From a virus (lineage: Duplodnaviria; Caudoviricetes), in the IMG/VR virus record IMGVR_UViG_3300048849_000159, positions 1-37,660 of that record: a DNA stretch of 37,660 bases. One strand, 5' to 3'. Each line of letters begins with the position of its first letter. Position 1 is the stretch's first letter. Below, piece by piece: positions 35,642 through 37,660 of this stretch. The position numbers and the translations under genes are program-made. Under the pieces are notes generated by a model. That model was not told the origin of the DNA, did no database searches, and saw nothing but the letters and a program-made list of their open reading frames with translations.

Positions 35642-35736
35642 CTGAACTCCTTTGCGTCGTTGCATCGCGTTGCGACAGTGACAACGTTACACACTCTTGC
35701 TCGATCTGCAATATGGTGTGGCTGTGCAACGCAACG
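35642..35736. promoter_or_regulatory. Divergent lysis/lysogeny switch with operator-like repeats
   Basis: CGTTGC x2 (35658, 35668), GCAACG x2 (35726, 35731), TTGC-N7-GCAA (35697-35711), TATGGT -10 (35712). Confidence 0.6.
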
Positions 35737-36302
35737 AGGAGCAGACGATCGAACAGCGGTTCGGTCACACGGTGTTCGAGTACCGCAAGGTGATCGGCCT
35801 CAGTCAGAAGGCCCTAGCGGACCACCTCAACAAGCTTGGCTTGCAGCTGGACGCGTCATCGATCTCCCGGATCGAGGCGGGTACTCGAGCGCTCCGACTC
35901 AGTGAGGCGGCTACCATCGCCCGGACGATGGGGTTCGACCTGGCGGAGATCGAGCGGCCATACGACCCAGTGGAGCGATTCCAGCTTCGCCAACAAGCCG
36001 TCGACCGCGCGTTGATGACCGCGCAAGAGAGCATCAGGGACCTTGCAGAGGCACTCGAGCAGGTCTCGTGGCTCATCTTCGAGAGCGGCGATCGGGTTGA
36101 CATCTTCGAAGGAGTTGAGGCGTTCGCAGGCGAACGGCCGACTGATGCTCCCTCTTACATTGCATGGGTTCGAGCCCGTCACGATGCGACATACCGCCCG
36201 GGAGGGAAGAAGGTTGCGATGACGGAGCAAGAAGCAGATCAGACGGTGGCCCTACTCGTCGCGCTCGCTGAAGCTGTGGTTAAGCGAGACCCAGATGTCT
36301 AG
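35724..36302 (+). CDS. Immunity repressor (XRE HTH), probably leaderless
   Basis: RKVIGLSQKALADHL..SSISRIEAGTRALRLSEA; divergent from Xis; overlaps int. Confidence 0.85.
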   Translation: MQRNEEQTIEQRFGHTVFEYRKVIGLSQKALADHLNKLGLQLDASSISRIEAGTRALRLSEAATIARTMGFDLAEIERPYDPVERFQLRQQAVDRALMTAQESIRDLAEALEQVSWLIFESGDRVDIFEGVEAFAGERPTDAPSYIAWVRARHDATYRPGGKKVAMTEQEADQTVALLVALAEAVVKRDPDV

Positions 36303-37380
36303 CGTCAAGCAGCGCCCGAACGGGCACTGGCGAGCCCGTTACCGTGACGACGACGGCAAGGAACACGCGAAGCACTTCGTTCTGAAGCGCGATGCGCAGG
36401 CTTGGCTGAACGAGGTCGCGTCCGCTCAGCTCACCGGCACGTACGTCGCGCCCGCTGCGAGCCGCGGCACGCTCGAGGAGTTCTACGCCGACTGGGCGCA
36501 GCGCCAGATGTGGACCGATAACACCCGGCGACTCGCGGACCGGTCCGTGGGGGAGTGCACGTTCAGGGCTGTCCCCTTCGGTAAGCTGCGTCGTTCTCAT
36601 GGCGAGGCCTACGTCAAGCAACTCGCGAGCACCCTCGCGCCGTCGACGGTCAAGACGCGCACTGCCTACGTCCGTACGGTCCTCCGCGCGGCCGTCCTTG
36701 ATCGACGTCTCGCCTCCAGCCCTCTCGACGGCGTGAAGCTCCCCGCGGTGCGCAAGACAGAACACTCAATGCGCATCCCTTCGCCTGCCGAAGTACGTGC
36801 GCTCCGCGAAGCGATTGATCCGGCTTGGGCCGCGTTCGTTGACGTCATGGCCTTCGCGGGGCTTCGGATCGGGGAAGCGGCTGCTCTACAGGTCGGCGAC
36901 GTTGACTTCCTGCGCCGAACCATCCACGTTCAGCGACAGATCCAGAATCGTGCCGGCGGATTGGACGTACTGGGGCCGAAGCACGGGTCCGAGCGCGTGG
37001 TGCCTGTGCCCGACGGACTCATCGAGCGTCTGTCCCGGCACATCGAGGTCGTAGGCGTGCACGGTAACGAACGGTGGATGTTCGGCCGGCCGCCGTCCCC
37101 CGATGGCTTGCGGCACCGGTTCATGGATGCTTCTCGAACGCTCGGAAGCGCGCGGATCACCCCCCACTCTCTGCGGCACCACTACGCCTCCGGGCTCATT
37201 CGTGGCGGCCTGGACGCCGTGGCGGTCTCACGAGCGCTCGGTCACGCGTCACCGGCCATCACGCTGAACGTGTACGCACACATCTGGCCGGACGCTGCGG
37301 ACCGTACCCGAGCGGCAGCGTCGGCCCTGATGTCCTCAACCGCCGATTCTGCGGACGATTTGCGGACCGCCGGGCCCTAG
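36295..37380 (+). CDS. int: Tyrosine integrase (complete, with arm-binding domain)
   Basis: WRARYRDDDGKE arm domain; AGLRIGE, PKH, HSLRH, LGH, VYAH. Confidence 0.95.
   Translation: MSSVKQRPNGHWRARYRDDDGKEHAKHFVLKRDAQAWLNEVASAQLTGTYVAPAASRGTLEEFYADWAQRQMWTDNTRRLADRSVGECTFRAVPFGKLRRSHGEAYVKQLASTLAPSTVKTRTAYVRTVLRAAVLDRRLASSPLDGVKLPAVRKTEHSMRIPSPAEVRALREAIDPAWAAFVDVMAFAGLRIGEAAALQVGDVDFLRRTIHVQRQIQNRAGGLDVLGPKHGSERVVPVPDGLIERLSRHIEVVGVHGNERWMFGRPPSPDGLRHRFMDASRTLGSARITPHSLRHHYASGLIRGGLDAVAVSRALGHASPAITLNVYAHIWPDAADRTRAAASALMSSTADSADDLRTAGP
37350..37367 (+). repeat. Putative integrase arm-type sites
   Basis: TGCGGAC-GATT-TGCGGAC direct repeat, about 45 bp from the core. Confidence 0.6.
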
Positions 37381-37412
37381 GTGACCTCATTGCCGCCTCG
37401 TTACGGGATCCT

Positions 37413-37435
37413 GCCGTGTAGAACAGGTACTCGGC
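37413..37435. other. Putative att core: GCCGTGTA-GAACAGG-TACTCGGC
   Basis: 8-bp inverted repeats (7/8 match) around a 7-bp overlap, at the point where host protein similarity stops. Confidence 0.65.
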
Positions 37436-37660
37436 GAAGACCTGCCAGATGAACGCGGCGCCGAAGGCGGCGAGGGCCGGACGCACCTCGGCCAGGTGCG
37501 CGGAGAACGAGCCGGGCGCGAAGACGGCCTGTTCGACGGAGCTCGCCGGGTCGGTCGCGTCACCGACCGCGACGGCGGCCGGCGGCAGCAGCAGGCGCAT
37601 CGCGAGCACGCCCGCGACGATGCCGAGCGACAGGAACAGCCGCCGGGCGGGGGAGTGCAG
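37413..37660 (-). pseudogene. Host DUF475 (TerC-like) membrane protein gene, 5' part, interrupted by the prophage
   Basis: LHSPARRLFLSLGIVAGVLAMRLLLP...VRPALAAFGAAFIWQVFAEYLF resembles DUF475 (FLTxGILIAVFGMRLxFP...HPxIAAFGG); the frame then runs into non-homologous antisense-int sequence. Confidence 0.7.

Larger units (their letters stand above)
1..37435 (-). mobile_element. Temperate siphovirus prophage (HK97-type head, long non-contractile tail); left boundary lies at or beyond window start
   Basis: Complete ordered modules (lysogeny, replication, packaging, head, tail, lysis); att-like core at 37413-37435 adjoining a truncated host gene. Confidence 0.95.

Noticed and set aside
1-37660. 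CRISPR array or rRNA
   Set aside because: No regularly spaced repeat-spacer array, cas gene or rRNA-like sequence seen

Overview
High-GC actinobacterial DNA (Microbacteriaceae-like host, by inference) consisting almost entirely of an apparently intact temperate siphovirus prophage. The right end carries a repressor-integrase operon (+), arm-type repeats and an att core (37413-37435) that interrupts a host DUF475/TerC-like membrane gene. Reading leftward on the - strand are: Xis/Cro, Rha-antirepressor, early genes, an HNH, a replication initiator with internal iterons, a helicase loader, a putative late regulator and promoter, HNH-terS-terL-portal-protease-HK97 capsid, head-tail genes, tail tube, a -1 frameshifted tail chaperone, tape measure with an M15 peptidase, Dit and minor tails, an M15 endolysin, holins, an Mtd_N adaptor and an SGNH esterase tail protein. 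Opposite-strand (+) accessory genes with leaderless-type promoters lie in two hotspots (1-4282 and 26619-29436). Leading candidates for new biology, all inferred: (i) a second, arm-less but catalytically intact tyrosine recombinase with a LexA-like box, heading an array of small genes; (ii) a convergent pair of SGNH esterases (virion receptor-binding versus secreted lysogen enzyme) suggesting matched receptor-editing exclusion; (iii) a DUF4145/HEPN-like gene followed by a highly structured region containing a degenerate tRNA-like fold. The left att site is not visible in the window. All family assignments come from motif recognition, not database searches.
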